A stretch of 62,312 nucleotides of DNA, the filler included, from Chthonomonadaceae bacterium (GTDB lineage: Bacteria > Armatimonadota > Chthonomonadetes > Chthonomonadales > Chthonomonadaceae), in assembly GCA_035650735.1 (NCBI GenBank). It is 3 parts of 3 records of this genome, joined end to end, with 100 filler letters (N's around TTAATTAATTAA, not from the genome) between each part and the next. Parts side by side here need not be neighbours in the genome. Positions count along the whole stretch, not along the records: positions 1 to 15,551 come from DASRGZ010000194.1; positions 15,652 to 33,002 come from DASRGZ010000195.1; 1 more part is not named here. One strand, 5' to 3'. Positions 9,507 to 18,162 of this stretch are shown here, piece by piece; the first letter of the stretch is position 1, and every line of letters begins with the position of its first letter. A program made the position numbers and the translations under genes. Under the pieces are notes generated by a model. That model searched no databases, had not been told where the DNA came from, and saw nothing but the letters and a program-made list of their open reading frames with translations.

Positions 9507-10484
9507 CTATTCGGCCTGTAGGATGGCTTCGCACTCGGCCCAGAGGCGGCGGACAAGATGGGCGGCAGGCGGAATATCCTGGACGGCGGCGCAGCTTGTG
9601 CCCGCATAGAGGGCCATTTCCAGCACGCTGCCGGTCATGCCCTCGCGCGGAGCCGTGTCCTCATAGCGTCGGATCGGCTCACCGGATGCGGCGTAGGCCA
9701 CCGTCTCCCCCTCGCCGGGGCGCTGCCCGACCGGCGGGCATCCGGCCGCCTCCCAATTCTCCAGCGTGGGATTGCGTAGGACGCGGTGCGCGGCATAGGG
9801 CCAGCCGCCGTCAAAGCAGACCGTCAGCGCCGTATCGGAGGCAGAAGACTCCACCAGGCGGCGTTTGTAATCGGGATGGGCGCGGCTCTCCTGCGTGGCG
9901 ACAAAGCGCGTGCCCAGCATGGCCCCCGCCGCCCCCAACCGGAGCGCCCGCGCGATCCCCGCGCCGTCACCGATGCCCCCCGCCGCAATCACCGGCGTCT
10001 CCCCGGCAGCCTCAACCACGCGCGGCAGCAACTCCCAGAGAGGCATTGTGGACTGAACATGCCCGCCCGCCTCCAACCCCTGACAGATCAGGAAATCCAC
10101 GCCGAGCGTTACGGCACGCCGCGCGCCCTGCGCGCTCGTCACCTGCACGCCGACGATGGCCCCCGCCGCGCGCCCCTGCTCCAGATACGGGGTCGGATCG
10201 CCCCAGGAAAACGAAACCACCGGCGCTCCTTCCGCCAGAACCGCGCCTAGCGCGGTCGGCGGGAAAGCCAGGGCAAAGTTGACCAGGAACGGGTTTTCGG
10301 TGGCAGCGCGCACCTGCCGCACATAGGCCGCCGCCGTCTCCGGGGCCGTCCAGGTCAGCGCCATCGCGCCCATCGCCCCCGCCGCCGAGACCGCCGTCGC
10401 CAGTTCCGGCCCCGCGATGCTGCCCGTCGGCGCCTGGAAGATCGGATAGCGCAGTCCCAACGGCGGGGCCTGCCGCGCGCTCAT
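9507..10484 (-). CDS. Nitronate monooxygenase family flavoprotein
   Basis: PIFQAP, QGLEAGGH, VIAAGGIGDG, GAMLGTRF, LYAG motifs. Confidence 0.88.
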   Translation of the reverse strand: MSARQAPPLGLRYPIFQAPTGSIAGPELATAVSAAGAMGAMALTWTAPETAAAYVRQVRAATENPFLVNFALAFPPTALGAVLAEGAPVVSFSWGDPTPYLEQGRAAGAIVGVQVTSAQGARRAVTLGVDFLICQGLEAGGHVQSTMPLWELLPRVVEAAGETPVIAAGGIGDGAGIARALRLGAAGAMLGTRFVATQESRAHPDYKRRLVESSASDTALTVCFDGGWPYAAHRVLRNPTLENWEAAGCPPVGQRPGEGETVAYAASGEPIRRYEDTAPREGMTGSVLEMALYAGTSCAAVQDIPPAAHLVRRLWAECEAILQAE

Positions 10485-10548
10485 TGCCCCTGCTTTCCCG
10501 GTAACTGACGCAGGGCAGGCCCACTAAGACGTAGCCGCTCCCACGCGC

Positions 10549-11256
10549 TCATGGCTTCCGCTTCCCCTCTTCCGGCACATCGGCACGCCGGATGTCCTCG
10601 CTCTCGGTCCCCTCAGGAATGCCCGACCCGCCGAACTCCCCCAGCATCCGCCCATACTTCATAACCCCCAGGACCGACCCGCCGCCCTCCGTATAGCGGG
10701 CGCGGGCGATGCCCTGGAGTGCGCTCGGCGCGCGCTCCGCTATTTCGGCTGGGTCCATTGCCGGCTGGTGCGCCAGCGTCAGGAACTCGGCGTCAAACAC
10801 CGCCATCTCCTCCTCGATCTTGTAGGGCCTATAGTTAGGAGCCGTAGACGGCGCCATGAGCGAAAACTTGAGGATGGAGTTATTGACGCCCTTCAGACGG
10901 CGCAGATACGCCTCCCGCGACCTGGCGTGCCAGACGGCAAACGCCCGCACGTCGGCATGGTCGGCAGGCAGGGAAGACAGGCGGGCGCGACGAGCCTGGT
11001 TCTCGCGTACCAGCCGGGCGCGCTGCGCGACCACCTCCTGGCGCTCCGTGAGGATATCCTTCTGTACCTGAATCCAGTCCGGCAACGCCCCCGCATTCTT
11101 GAGGATTTTGTTCGCCAGGCGCAGGTGCGGCGGCGTCATCGGGTCGTCATCAAAGACAATCGGCTTGCCCTTGCCCGGCAGATTATCAAACTTGCCTTCC
11201 TCAATCGCCTCTTGAATCTTGCGCTCCGCAACTTTGCTAAAGACTTCAGGATCCAT
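10549..11256 (-). CDS. DUF1992 (DnaJC28 conserved-domain) protein
   Basis: AERKIQEAIEEGKFDNLPGKGKP...KILKNAG.LPDWI. Confidence 0.85.
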   Translation of the reverse strand: MDPEVFSKVAERKIQEAIEEGKFDNLPGKGKPIVFDDDPMTPPHLRLANKILKNAGALPDWIQVQKDILTERQEVVAQRARLVRENQARRARLSSLPADHADVRAFAVWHARSREAYLRRLKGVNNSILKFSLMAPSTAPNYRPYKIEEEMAVFDAEFLTLAHQPAMDPAEIAERAPSALQGIARARYTEGGGSVLGVMKYGRMLGEFGGSGIPEGTESEDIRRADVPEEGKRKP

Positions 11257-11389
11257 CGCTTGCCGTCCTTTCTCTCCTGCCCACCGAAACGCTTTCTTCT
11301 ACCCTCAGTATACCAGCCCGGCCCTCCCAAACGCCATAGTCTGTAGAAAATTTCACAAACTGCACCGCGCCAAACTTCCACCGAAACAC

Positions 11390-11418
11390 TTGACGCCGGA
11401 CGCGCTTTCCGCTAACAT
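11390..11418 (+). promoter_or_regulatory. Possible sigma70 promoter
   Basis: TTGACG-17 nt-TAACAT. Confidence 0.45.
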
Positions 11419-11498
11419 GAAGGGCATACACATCCGGCTCTCTCGCCATACCCACAAGCTATCCGCCCTGGCCGCGCCCAGGGCAAGGAGTTCCGACC

Positions 11499-12251
11499 TT
11501 GAAGTTGCCTCTGCTTTCCCGATGCACGGCCAGCCTGGCGCTCGCCGCGCTGCTCACCCTATCCATCCCCGCCTTAGCGGACGCCACCCACGCGCGCAAA
11601 CCCGGCCCGCAGCCCCAGAACGCGCGCGCCGCAAAGCGCCCTCTCACCGGGGAGGATGTCGTCGCCACCGTCGAAGGTCAGCCCATCACCCGCCGCCAGC
11701 TCACCTACTACTGGCTCCAGGTGGACAGGAAAGGCCCCAGTGCCCTCCTGGCCGACCTGCTCGCCGACCGCTGGAAAGCCGATAAAGGCGCCTCCCGCGC
11801 CTACACCATCCCCGACTCCGAGATCTACGCCCGCCTCTATACCGGTAACGACGCCCTGGTCGCCGATGTCCTCTCCAGCCTCATCACCAACCGCCTGGTC
11901 GCCATCGAAGCCGCCCGCAAAGGCATTCGCGTCACCCAGGCCGAAGCCCGCGCCTACGCCCACGAATTCTTCGACCAGGTGCGCCGCCAGAGCGGCATCC
12001 AGGACACCGACGAGCAGCTGATGCAGAAGTTCCACCTGCCCCGCGATGTCTTTCTCGACGATATGCTGTTCCGCCTCCGCACCGAGAAGCTCCTGGCCGC
12101 CGACCTCGGCCATCCCATCCCGCAGCCAGACTGGAAGCAGTACGTCGAAAGCCACCGCAACCCCTTCCTGGCCGCCCTCCGCAAAAAGGCTAAGATCACC
12201 AGCACCATTCCCCTGCCCGCGCCGGAAAAGCCAATACCTCAACAGGATTAA
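11499..12251 (+). CDS. Secreted SurA/PrsA N-terminal-like chaperone-domain protein
   Basis: Signal peptide; VVATVEGQPIT, LI..RLV..EAARKGIRVT, LAALRKKAKI; no PPIase domain evident. Confidence 0.65.
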   Translation: MKLPLLSRCTASLALAALLTLSIPALADATHARKPGPQPQNARAAKRPLTGEDVVATVEGQPITRRQLTYYWLQVDRKGPSALLADLLADRWKADKGASRAYTIPDSEIYARLYTGNDALVADVLSSLITNRLVAIEAARKGIRVTQAEARAYAHEFFDQVRRQSGIQDTDEQLMQKFHLPRDVFLDDMLFRLRTEKLLAADLGHPIPQPDWKQYVESHRNPFLAALRKKAKITSTIPLPAPEKPIPQQD

Positions 12252-12377
12252 CAGGATTAACAGGATTATTCAGGATTAACAAGATTTCTAACACTTATTG
12301 AGCATTCGTACAAGCCCTGCTTGTTTCTCTCTCTAGCCCTAATCCTGTAATCCTGAGTAATCCTGTTAATCCTGTTG
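12240..12377. mobile_element. MITE-like element with tandem (AA)CAGGATT termini
   Basis: 20-bp perfect terminal IR CAACAGGATTAACAGGATTA; homologous to 15793-15957 and 29621-29719. Confidence 0.7.
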
Positions 12378-12399
12378 GATTCTTTACCCAGCGGGTGGT

Positions 12400-13902
12400 T
12401 TAATCGGTCTTTACGGCGGCGAAGGTCGCCAGCGGGATAAACTCGGCGTCGGGGGGAGCCTCCTGCGGGCCGAAGTGCGCCCCGCCTACCTCGCCCAGCG
12501 CGCCGTCGCCGGTCGGCTCCAGCAGCCGCACCCGCGCCAGCGTGCCGATCAGGTGCGACCCGCCCGTAAACTGCACCCGGATATAGTTGCTGGTATAGCC
12601 GCCCAAGAGGCTGCCCATGCCCCCCTCCTGCGGACCGACAGCGATGCGCTCGTGGTCGTCGTTGCCGCTGGCCCCGCCTTCCGAGTCGGCCCGGTCCGGC
12701 CCCTCCTTGCCCTCCACCAGCACCTCCATCGTCCGGCCCAGGTAGCGGCGGATGAACTGCTGCTGTGTCTCCCGGCACACGGCCGCCAGCTCCTTGCTGC
12801 GCGCCTCCTTCTCCGCCTCAGAAACCTGGTCCGGCAGGTCGGCGGCGGGCGTGTTGGGACGCGGCGAGTAGCGGAACAGGTGCGCCCGCGCGTAGCCTAC
12901 CGTTCGTGCCACCGTGAGCGTGTTCTCAAAGGCCGCGCGATCCTCGCCGGGGAAGCCGACCATGATGTCGGCCGTAATCGCCAGATCGGGAATGCGCTCG
13001 TAGGCCGCCCGGCACCGCTCCAGGTAAAACGCCTGATCGTAGGGCCGATTCATCGCCTTCAGGATGCGCGAGTCCCCGCTTTGCAGCGGAATATGCAGAT
13101 GTCGGCACAGCTTCGGCTCGGAGGCAAAGGCGTCTAGCAGCTTGTCCGTCACCTGCGTCGGCTCAATGGAGGAGAGCCGCACGCGCGCAATGTCCGGCAC
13201 CTGCGCCAGCCGCAGCAGCAGATCCGCCAGATCGGGATGCGCGTTCGCGGCGGGCGACGCAGCCAGAAAGGTTGTGCGCGGCATCTCCCGGCCCGGCACC
13301 GGCGTAAAGCCGTCCTGCCCGTAGGCCCCGACCAGCACGCCCGTGATGACGACCTCCCGATAGCCCTGCGCGGCCAGCCGCTCCACTTCGGCTACGACCT
13401 CTGCCACAGGCCGCGACACCATGTACTTGCGCGTATACGGAATGGAGCAGAACGCGCAGAAGACGTTGCAGCCGTCCTGCACCTTCACCGTGGCGCGCGT
13501 GCGCCGGAACGCCCGGCGGCGCTCCGCCGCGCGATCCACTCCCAGTTCCCGCTCCAGATGCGGGAAGGCGCGGAGCACGTGGGTCAGCGTCTCCAGCTTC
13601 TGATGATTGGGCACGATCAGCGTGGCCTCTTCCACCGTCTCGCCCTTGATCTTAGCCATCTCGCCGTAGCAGCCGGTCATCACAACGATGGCGTTCGGGT
13701 TCTGGCGGGCCACCTTGCGCACCATCTGGCGGGACTTACGCTCCGCCGCCTGCGTTACCGAGCAGGTATTGATGACGTAGACATCCGCCGGCTCGGTAAA
13801 CTCCGTAATGGCGAAGCCCCGCTCCTCGAAGTCGTCCAGAATGCGCTGCGTCTCATACTGATTGACCTTGCAGCCCAGCGTGGTAAATGCGGCAGTCGGC
13901 AC
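12400..13902 (-). CDS. mtaB: tRNA t6A37 methylthiotransferase MtaB
   Basis: TLGCKVNQYE, INTCSVT, radical SAM CNVFCAFC, RLSSIEP, HIPLQSG, TRAM domain. Confidence 0.93.
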   Translation of the reverse strand: MPTAAFTTLGCKVNQYETQRILDDFEERGFAITEFTEPADVYVINTCSVTQAAERKSRQMVRKVARQNPNAIVVMTGCYGEMAKIKGETVEEATLIVPNHQKLETLTHVLRAFPHLERELGVDRAAERRRAFRRTRATVKVQDGCNVFCAFCSIPYTRKYMVSRPVAEVVAEVERLAAQGYREVVITGVLVGAYGQDGFTPVPGREMPRTTFLAASPAANAHPDLADLLLRLAQVPDIARVRLSSIEPTQVTDKLLDAFASEPKLCRHLHIPLQSGDSRILKAMNRPYDQAFYLERCRAAYERIPDLAITADIMVGFPGEDRAAFENTLTVARTVGYARAHLFRYSPRPNTPAADLPDQVSEAEKEARSKELAAVCRETQQQFIRRYLGRTMEVLVEGKEGPDRADSEGGASGNDDHERIAVGPQEGGMGSLLGGYTSNYIRVQFTGGSHLIGTLARVRLLEPTGDGALGEVGGAHFGPQEAPPDAEFIPLATFAAVKTD

Positions 13903-14064
13903 GGCGATTCTTGCTCCGGTAAAGTGTAACCTTTTAGGGTAAACGCTTGTCGTTATAATGGCAGTCCTAGTTTACCCGGTCGCAGCCTGTTCGTCAAATG
14001 TCTCTCTTCGGAGTGGAGTAAGGGCCACAACCATCGCAAGCCCGGTCCCCCCTTCCCTCGCAGG

Positions 14065-14153
14065 GTCGCCAGGCGGAGGGCTGTCGCGAGGCGGAGCGCC
14101 GAACCATTGTAGACGCGACCCTTGCAGTCCATTGTAGGGCCGACCCTTGCAGT
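14065..14153. mobile_element. Short REP-inserted element with a single 37-nt CRISPR-like unit (spacer-less version)
   Basis: 18-nt left end + 37-nt unit (14083-14119) + right end, homologous to the 15405 and 32851 elements; interrupts a family A hairpin. Confidence 0.6.
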
Positions 14154-14190
14154 GGGGGCGGGGGTTAGGTCAAACACGGAAGTGAGGACT

Positions 14191-15282
14191 TCAGCCGCCC
14201 GAACAGCGGTGCAGCACATTATCAACACGCTCGTCAATACGCTCGTCCTTTTCGCGCTGCCGCAGATAGAACTCCTCATAAAACACCTTGATAAACCCGG
14301 TAAGCGGGGTCGAGATCAGAGCGCCCACGATCCCGAACGCGCTGCCCAGCGCCAGCACCATAAAGATCACCGAAACCGGATGGAGATTCATCTGCCGCCC
14401 GCGTATCAACGGACCCAGAAAGCTTCCGGTGAACTCATTCAAAGCGGCATAGAGCAGGATAGCCCACAGGCCCTTTACCGGCTCGATAGCCAGCGCCACC
14501 AGGATCGGCGGCGTTGCCATGATGAAGGGGCCAATCTGCGGGATCAATTCCGAAAAGAAGGCCAGCCCGGCCCAGACGACGGCGCCGGGCACATCCAGAA
14601 AGGTGAGGACGGCCCCCACCACGATCGCATCGAAGCCACCGATGATCACCTGCGCCCACATCCAGGCCACCACCATCTGCGAGCTGCGGGCCAGCGCGCG
14701 CTCCGCAGGCTCCCGCAGATGGGCCGGAAGCGCCGCAAAGTAGCCGCGAAGGAGGGGACGCGGATGGGCCAGCATATAAATGATAACGCTCAGCATCACG
14801 ATACCGACCACGATCACGCTGAGGGCCGTGATCGAATACTGGCCGATGCCCCACAGAATGGTTTTAAAAGAGGGAAGGAGTTGGGTGAGATTCTGGGCGT
14901 TATATTTGACGCTTTGCTGCGCCGCCGGGTAGTGGCGCAGCAGGCGGGCCAGACGATTGCTCATATCGGAGGCATAGCGGGGCAGGTTCTCGGCCAGTAC
15001 CGTCCCCTGCTGGATCAGGCGCGGCACCACCAGCCATCCGATCAGGCCCAGCACGACGGCCACGACCAGGCAGACCAGGGCCGTGCCCAGAGCGCGCGAT
15101 ACCCCCTTGTCCTCCAGCCACGTCACCGGCGGATTCAGCGCAATGGCAATGATGGCTGCTGTAACAAACAGCAGCAGCACAAAGGTAATGGCGTCTAGAA
15201 ACCAGATCGCCAGGAAAACGCCGACCGCCAGGTAGACAATGCGGGAGAGTACTCTATAAAGCTGATCGTACCGGGATTCCAT
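14191..15282 (-). CDS. AI-2E family transporter
   Basis: Multi-TM; ALNPPVTWLE, ELIPQIGP, LHPVSVI..FGIVGALISTP. Confidence 0.9.
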   Translation of the reverse strand: MESRYDQLYRVLSRIVYLAVGVFLAIWFLDAITFVLLLFVTAAIIAIALNPPVTWLEDKGVSRALGTALVCLVVAVVLGLIGWLVVPRLIQQGTVLAENLPRYASDMSNRLARLLRHYPAAQQSVKYNAQNLTQLLPSFKTILWGIGQYSITALSVIVVGIVMLSVIIYMLAHPRPLLRGYFAALPAHLREPAERALARSSQMVVAWMWAQVIIGGFDAIVVGAVLTFLDVPGAVVWAGLAFFSELIPQIGPFIMATPPILVALAIEPVKGLWAILLYAALNEFTGSFLGPLIRGRQMNLHPVSVIFMVLALGSAFGIVGALISTPLTGFIKVFYEEFYLRQREKDERIDERVDNVLHRCSGG

Positions 15283-15404
15283 GAAGGGCTGCGCTCTCTG
15301 CTCTGCGGGCCGGACTCCTGTGCTGCTGATTGCATACTACATACGAGCCAGCCGCGCAATCGTGCCCCGCTCCCAAATGACTCTCCCCTCCCCTGTTCTT
15401 GGGG

Positions 15405-15551
15405 GTCGCAAGGCGGAGGGCTGTGGCAAGGCGGAGGCAGGGGCCCTAACCCTGCCGACGGCCAGTATTCGCAACCCTTCCACCTTGATGTTGATGTCGC
15501 AAGGCGGAGGCAGGGGCCGTAACCCTGCCGACCCTGGCAGTCCATTGCAGG
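15405..15551. mobile_element. REP-inserted element carrying a CRISPR-like mini-array (truncated by contig end)
   Basis: Near-identical to 32851-33002 with a different genomic flank. Confidence 0.65.
15423..15532 (-). CRISPR. CRISPR-like mini-array: two 37-nt repeats, one 36-nt spacer
   Basis: Repeats 15423-15459 and 15496-15532 (35/37 identical), internal GGCAGGG/CCCTGCC hairpin; minus strand reads GTCGGCAGG...CCTTGCGAC; no cas genes in window. Confidence 0.45.
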
Positions 15552-15651
15552 NNNNNNNNNNNNNNNNNNNNNNNNNNNNNNNNNNNNNNNNNNNNTTAAT
15601 TAATTAANNNNNNNNNNNNNNNNNNNNNNNNNNNNNNNNNNNNNNNNNNNN
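15552..15651. other. Artificial contig linker
   Basis: N-run/TTAATTAATTAA/N-run, 100 nt. Confidence 0.97.
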
Positions 15652-15792
15652 TTGTCTTCGGCTGGTGAGGCCGTGCTGATGGAGATCAGCGAGGAATGGG
15701 AGACAGGCAAAGCCTACCTGACTTTCGAGGACTAAACCAACGGCATCCGAAGGGAGCCACCTGCAATTTTACAGAATGAGCTTGACACAACC
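15652..15792 (+). mobile_element. IS256-family right end with transposase C-terminal fragment (apparently frameshifted)
   Basis: CLRLV//AVLMEISEEWETGKAYLTFED* (stop 15735), then IS256-like end TTTTACAGAATGAGCTTGACACAACC. Confidence 0.8.
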
Positions 15793-15957
15793 CGGATTTT
15801 AACTACACGGACAAGCCTTGTGTCTCCCTCTAGCTCTAATCCTGTACATCCTGTTAATCGGTAGTGTACCCATAGAGAGTTGATACTTCGTCGCCGATGA
15901 CCTTATCAACTCTGTAGAGGGACACTACCTGTTAATCCTGTCTAAAAAATCCTGTCT
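15793..15957. mobile_element. CAGGATT-type MITE, left part disrupted by IS256
   Basis: Aligns to the reverse complement of 29621-29719; AATCCTGT tandem right end. Confidence 0.65.
15864..15925. mobile_element. 62-bp IS630-type MITE
   Basis: 22-bp terminal IR (18/22) GTGTACCCATAGAGAGTTGATA, flanked by TA on both sides. Confidence 0.6.
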
Positions 15958-15958
15958 C

Positions 15959-16816
15959 TTAATCTTTGATACGGAAATGTTCATCCGGCACGGGCTCCTC
16001 CGGTGGCGGGGGCGGGAGCACGCCGAACTGGACGAGCAGGGCGCGCGTCGGGTACGTCGTCACCAGGGAGAAGACGCCCAGCCACAGAATCAGCGCGAGC
16101 GCCACCGTGGCAAACAGCAGCGCCGTGACCGCAATCACGACGGCCAGCACCCCGGCGGTATAGAGGGGCGCGCCCATCGTCAGAAAGAAGGCGCGTCGTA
16201 TCGCCGCCCAGGCGCCCCGCCGCGCCTGCCGCCCCGGCTCATCAAAGACGCCCGCCTCCTGCGCCGCCAGCAGCGGGAAATGATAGACGCTCATCATCGC
16301 CCAGAAGAGCAGCACATACAGGCAGAAGAGGGCCGCTACGCTGCCAATCAGATGCCCGATGTTCAGGTAGAACCACAGATTCGTCAGACCCACGCTCCAG
16401 ACGAGCAGATGGATCAGCCCCAGGCGAGTCGCCGGGCCATACATCCGCCAGGCCCCGCGCCAGAAATCCCCATAAGCGACCTCTTCATGGGAGGCGGCCA
16501 GGTGCGCCACATGAAACGCGCCCGCCATCGGTGCCGAGAGCGTCAGCACGGCTATCAGTGCCATCAGTGCCAGGCGCACCACGGGCGGGAGAGGCGCCGG
16601 CAGCCTCCCTGGGATCAACGGGGGAAACCATAGCAGCGCCCAGGTCAGGCTGATGGCGATGACCAGGCCGAGCCGATCCCAGGCTTCGCGAAGCCCCGCT
16701 TTCAGGGCGCGGCCCAGGCGCGCACACGGCCCGGAGGCGGAAGCCTGCGTGTTGGCCTCCTTCTCCGATTTGCCGGCGTTGGCCTCGTCAGGCACAGTGG
16801 AGCGTTCACCAGGCAT
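15959..16816 (-). CDS. Integral membrane protein (DUF624/YesL-like)
   Basis: About 5-6 TM helices; YGDFWRG, YHFPLL, AIRRAFFL pattern. Confidence 0.6.
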   Translation of the reverse strand: MPGERSTVPDEANAGKSEKEANTQASASGPCARLGRALKAGLREAWDRLGLVIAISLTWALLWFPPLIPGRLPAPLPPVVRLALMALIAVLTLSAPMAGAFHVAHLAASHEEVAYGDFWRGAWRMYGPATRLGLIHLLVWSVGLTNLWFYLNIGHLIGSVAALFCLYVLLFWAMMSVYHFPLLAAQEAGVFDEPGRQARRGAWAAIRRAFFLTMGAPLYTAGVLAVVIAVTALLFATVALALILWLGVFSLVTTYPTRALLVQFGVLPPPPPEEPVPDEHFRIKD

Positions 16817-16885
16817 AGTAGGCTAGGGTTCGGCCCTTCCCGGGCCAATTCCTCCGTCCTGCCGTTTCGCGCCGTACCAAGCCCC

Positions 16886-16995
16886 GTGCGCAAGCCCGGC
16901 TGCCAGAGAGGAGTCATCCGACAGTATCCAGCGCGCTGCGCCTTCCTTGTCAGGATCTGCGCGCAAGCCCGGCTGCCAGGAAGGAATCGCCCTTT
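16886..16995. repeat. Direct repeat pair with 73-nt period
   Basis: GCGCAAGCCCGGCTGCCAG at 16888 and 16961, with a partly conserved tail. Confidence 0.75.
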
Positions 16996-17071
16996 GATGG
17001 AACGAATTATGCAAAGGCAATAATTTAAGGCGTCGTCTGTTGGAAGCCAGCAGCGGGACGCTTCTATCCGA

Positions 17072-17500
17072 ATGCAGGGGGAACCGGCTGTGAATGATGA
17101 TGCGCTAACACGCCGGGTGCTGGCGTGCTGCTATACGGTGCACCGTGAGTTGGGTCCGGGCTATCTTAAAAGTACGTATCAAGGGGCCATAACGCGCGAG
17201 TTGGAGAGGGCGGGCCTGCCGTTCAAGCGCCAGGAGTCGTTTCCGGTCCTCTATCAGGGCGAAGAGATTGACCGTGTGCAGGTAGATTTCGTGGTGGATA
17301 ATAAGATGATCCTGGAGGTTGCAGCCAAAAGCGGTCTGGATAAGCAGGATGCGGCCTGGGGGCACGCCTGCCTGAAGGCGTCTGGTCTGCCGCGCGGGCT
17401 GCTGATCAACTTCGGGGAGGCGGAGCTGCAAATCAAGCGATTGACCGCCGTTCCACGCTCCTCGGCGCAAACCGAGAACTCGGGATTTCTGCACGAATAA
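17072..17500 (+). CDS. GxxExxY family (PD-(D/E)XK-like) protein, degenerate motifs
   Basis: VHRELGPGYLKSTY, DFVVDNKMILEV, GLLINFG. Confidence 0.85.
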   Translation: MQGEPAVNDDALTRRVLACCYTVHRELGPGYLKSTYQGAITRELERAGLPFKRQESFPVLYQGEEIDRVQVDFVVDNKMILEVAAKSGLDKQDAAWGHACLKASGLPRGLLINFGEAELQIKRLTAVPRSSAQTENSGFLHE

Positions 17501-17601
17501 CCGGGCAGAATAAAGTAGTGAGCATAATTAAGAGGCTCTCCCCTTAGATGCTCTGCCATGATGGGAGAACCTGCCTCTGGGGAGAGGCTCTAGCGCCAAT
17601 C

Positions 17602-17649
17602 CAGCATAACAACCTCCCGCCGATGGCCCGATGGGAGGTTGTTATGCTG
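17602..17649. terminator. 17-bp perfect hairpin between convergent genes
   Basis: CAGCATAACAACCTCCC / GGGAGGTTGTTATGCTG. Confidence 0.6.
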
Positions 17650-17691
17650 TCTCAGCTTATTTCGTGGGCATTGAAAGGCGAATGGGCGCGG

Positions 17692-18144
17692 TCACTGAGT
17701 GGCGAAGGCCGTGAAATAGACCTTGACCACCGAATCCTCCCCGGTCTCCTTGTTGATTTTTTCTTTTAGTTCCTCTTTCAGATCCTCACGGCCTTTGGGG
17801 TTGGAAAGCTCTCTAAGAGTCTTGCCGCTAAGCACGGTAAGAATAGCATCCCGTATCGGCGCGATATGTTCTTTGGCCTGCTCTTCGGTAATGCCCTTTT
17901 TCATGCCCAGCGCCACGGTCGCGCGCAGATAGTGGTCGCCGCCGTTTAAGTTGACCAGAAACTCCTCCAACGGCATAGAAATGCCGACCTCTTCGCTGGC
18001 CTTCTTCTCTTTGGCCTCCGATTTGGCCGCCATCATGGTCTTTGCCATCGCCAGTACCGCGATCAGCGCGACGACGCCCATGATGATCGGCATCAGGTTT
18101 TGCTTGGGCTTTGCGCCCTGTGCTGTAGCTGCCTTGCCTGCCAT
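17692..18144 (-). CDS. fliL: Flagellar basal-body protein FliL
   Basis: N-terminal TM, EFLVNL, IRDAILTVLS, VYFTAF; follows motB. Confidence 0.9.
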   Translation of the reverse strand: MAGKAATAQGAKPKQNLMPIIMGVVALIAVLAMAKTMMAAKSEAKEKKASEEVGISMPLEEFLVNLNGGDHYLRATVALGMKKGITEEQAKEHIAPIRDAILTVLSGKTLRELSNPKGREDLKEELKEKINKETGEDSVVKVYFTAFATQ

Positions 18145-18162
18145 GCTCTTTTTCCCGTATCC

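Noticed and set aside
15423..15551. A canonical long CRISPR-Cas locus
   Set aside because: Only two repeats and no cas genes, and the sequence after repeat 2 matches the fixed right end of the 14065 element rather than a new spacer.
15552..15651. TTAATTAATTAA palindrome within N runs (also 33003-33102)
   Set aside because: Artificial six-frame-stop contig linker.
15405..15792. IS256 transposase as the mobiliser of the mini-array element
   Set aside because: They are adjacent only across an artificial linker; the second copy is followed by an unrelated contig.
16860..17000. c-di-GMP-I or fluoride riboswitch (GGCAGCCGGG and GATGACTCCT fragments)
   Set aside because: The required 5' motifs are missing.
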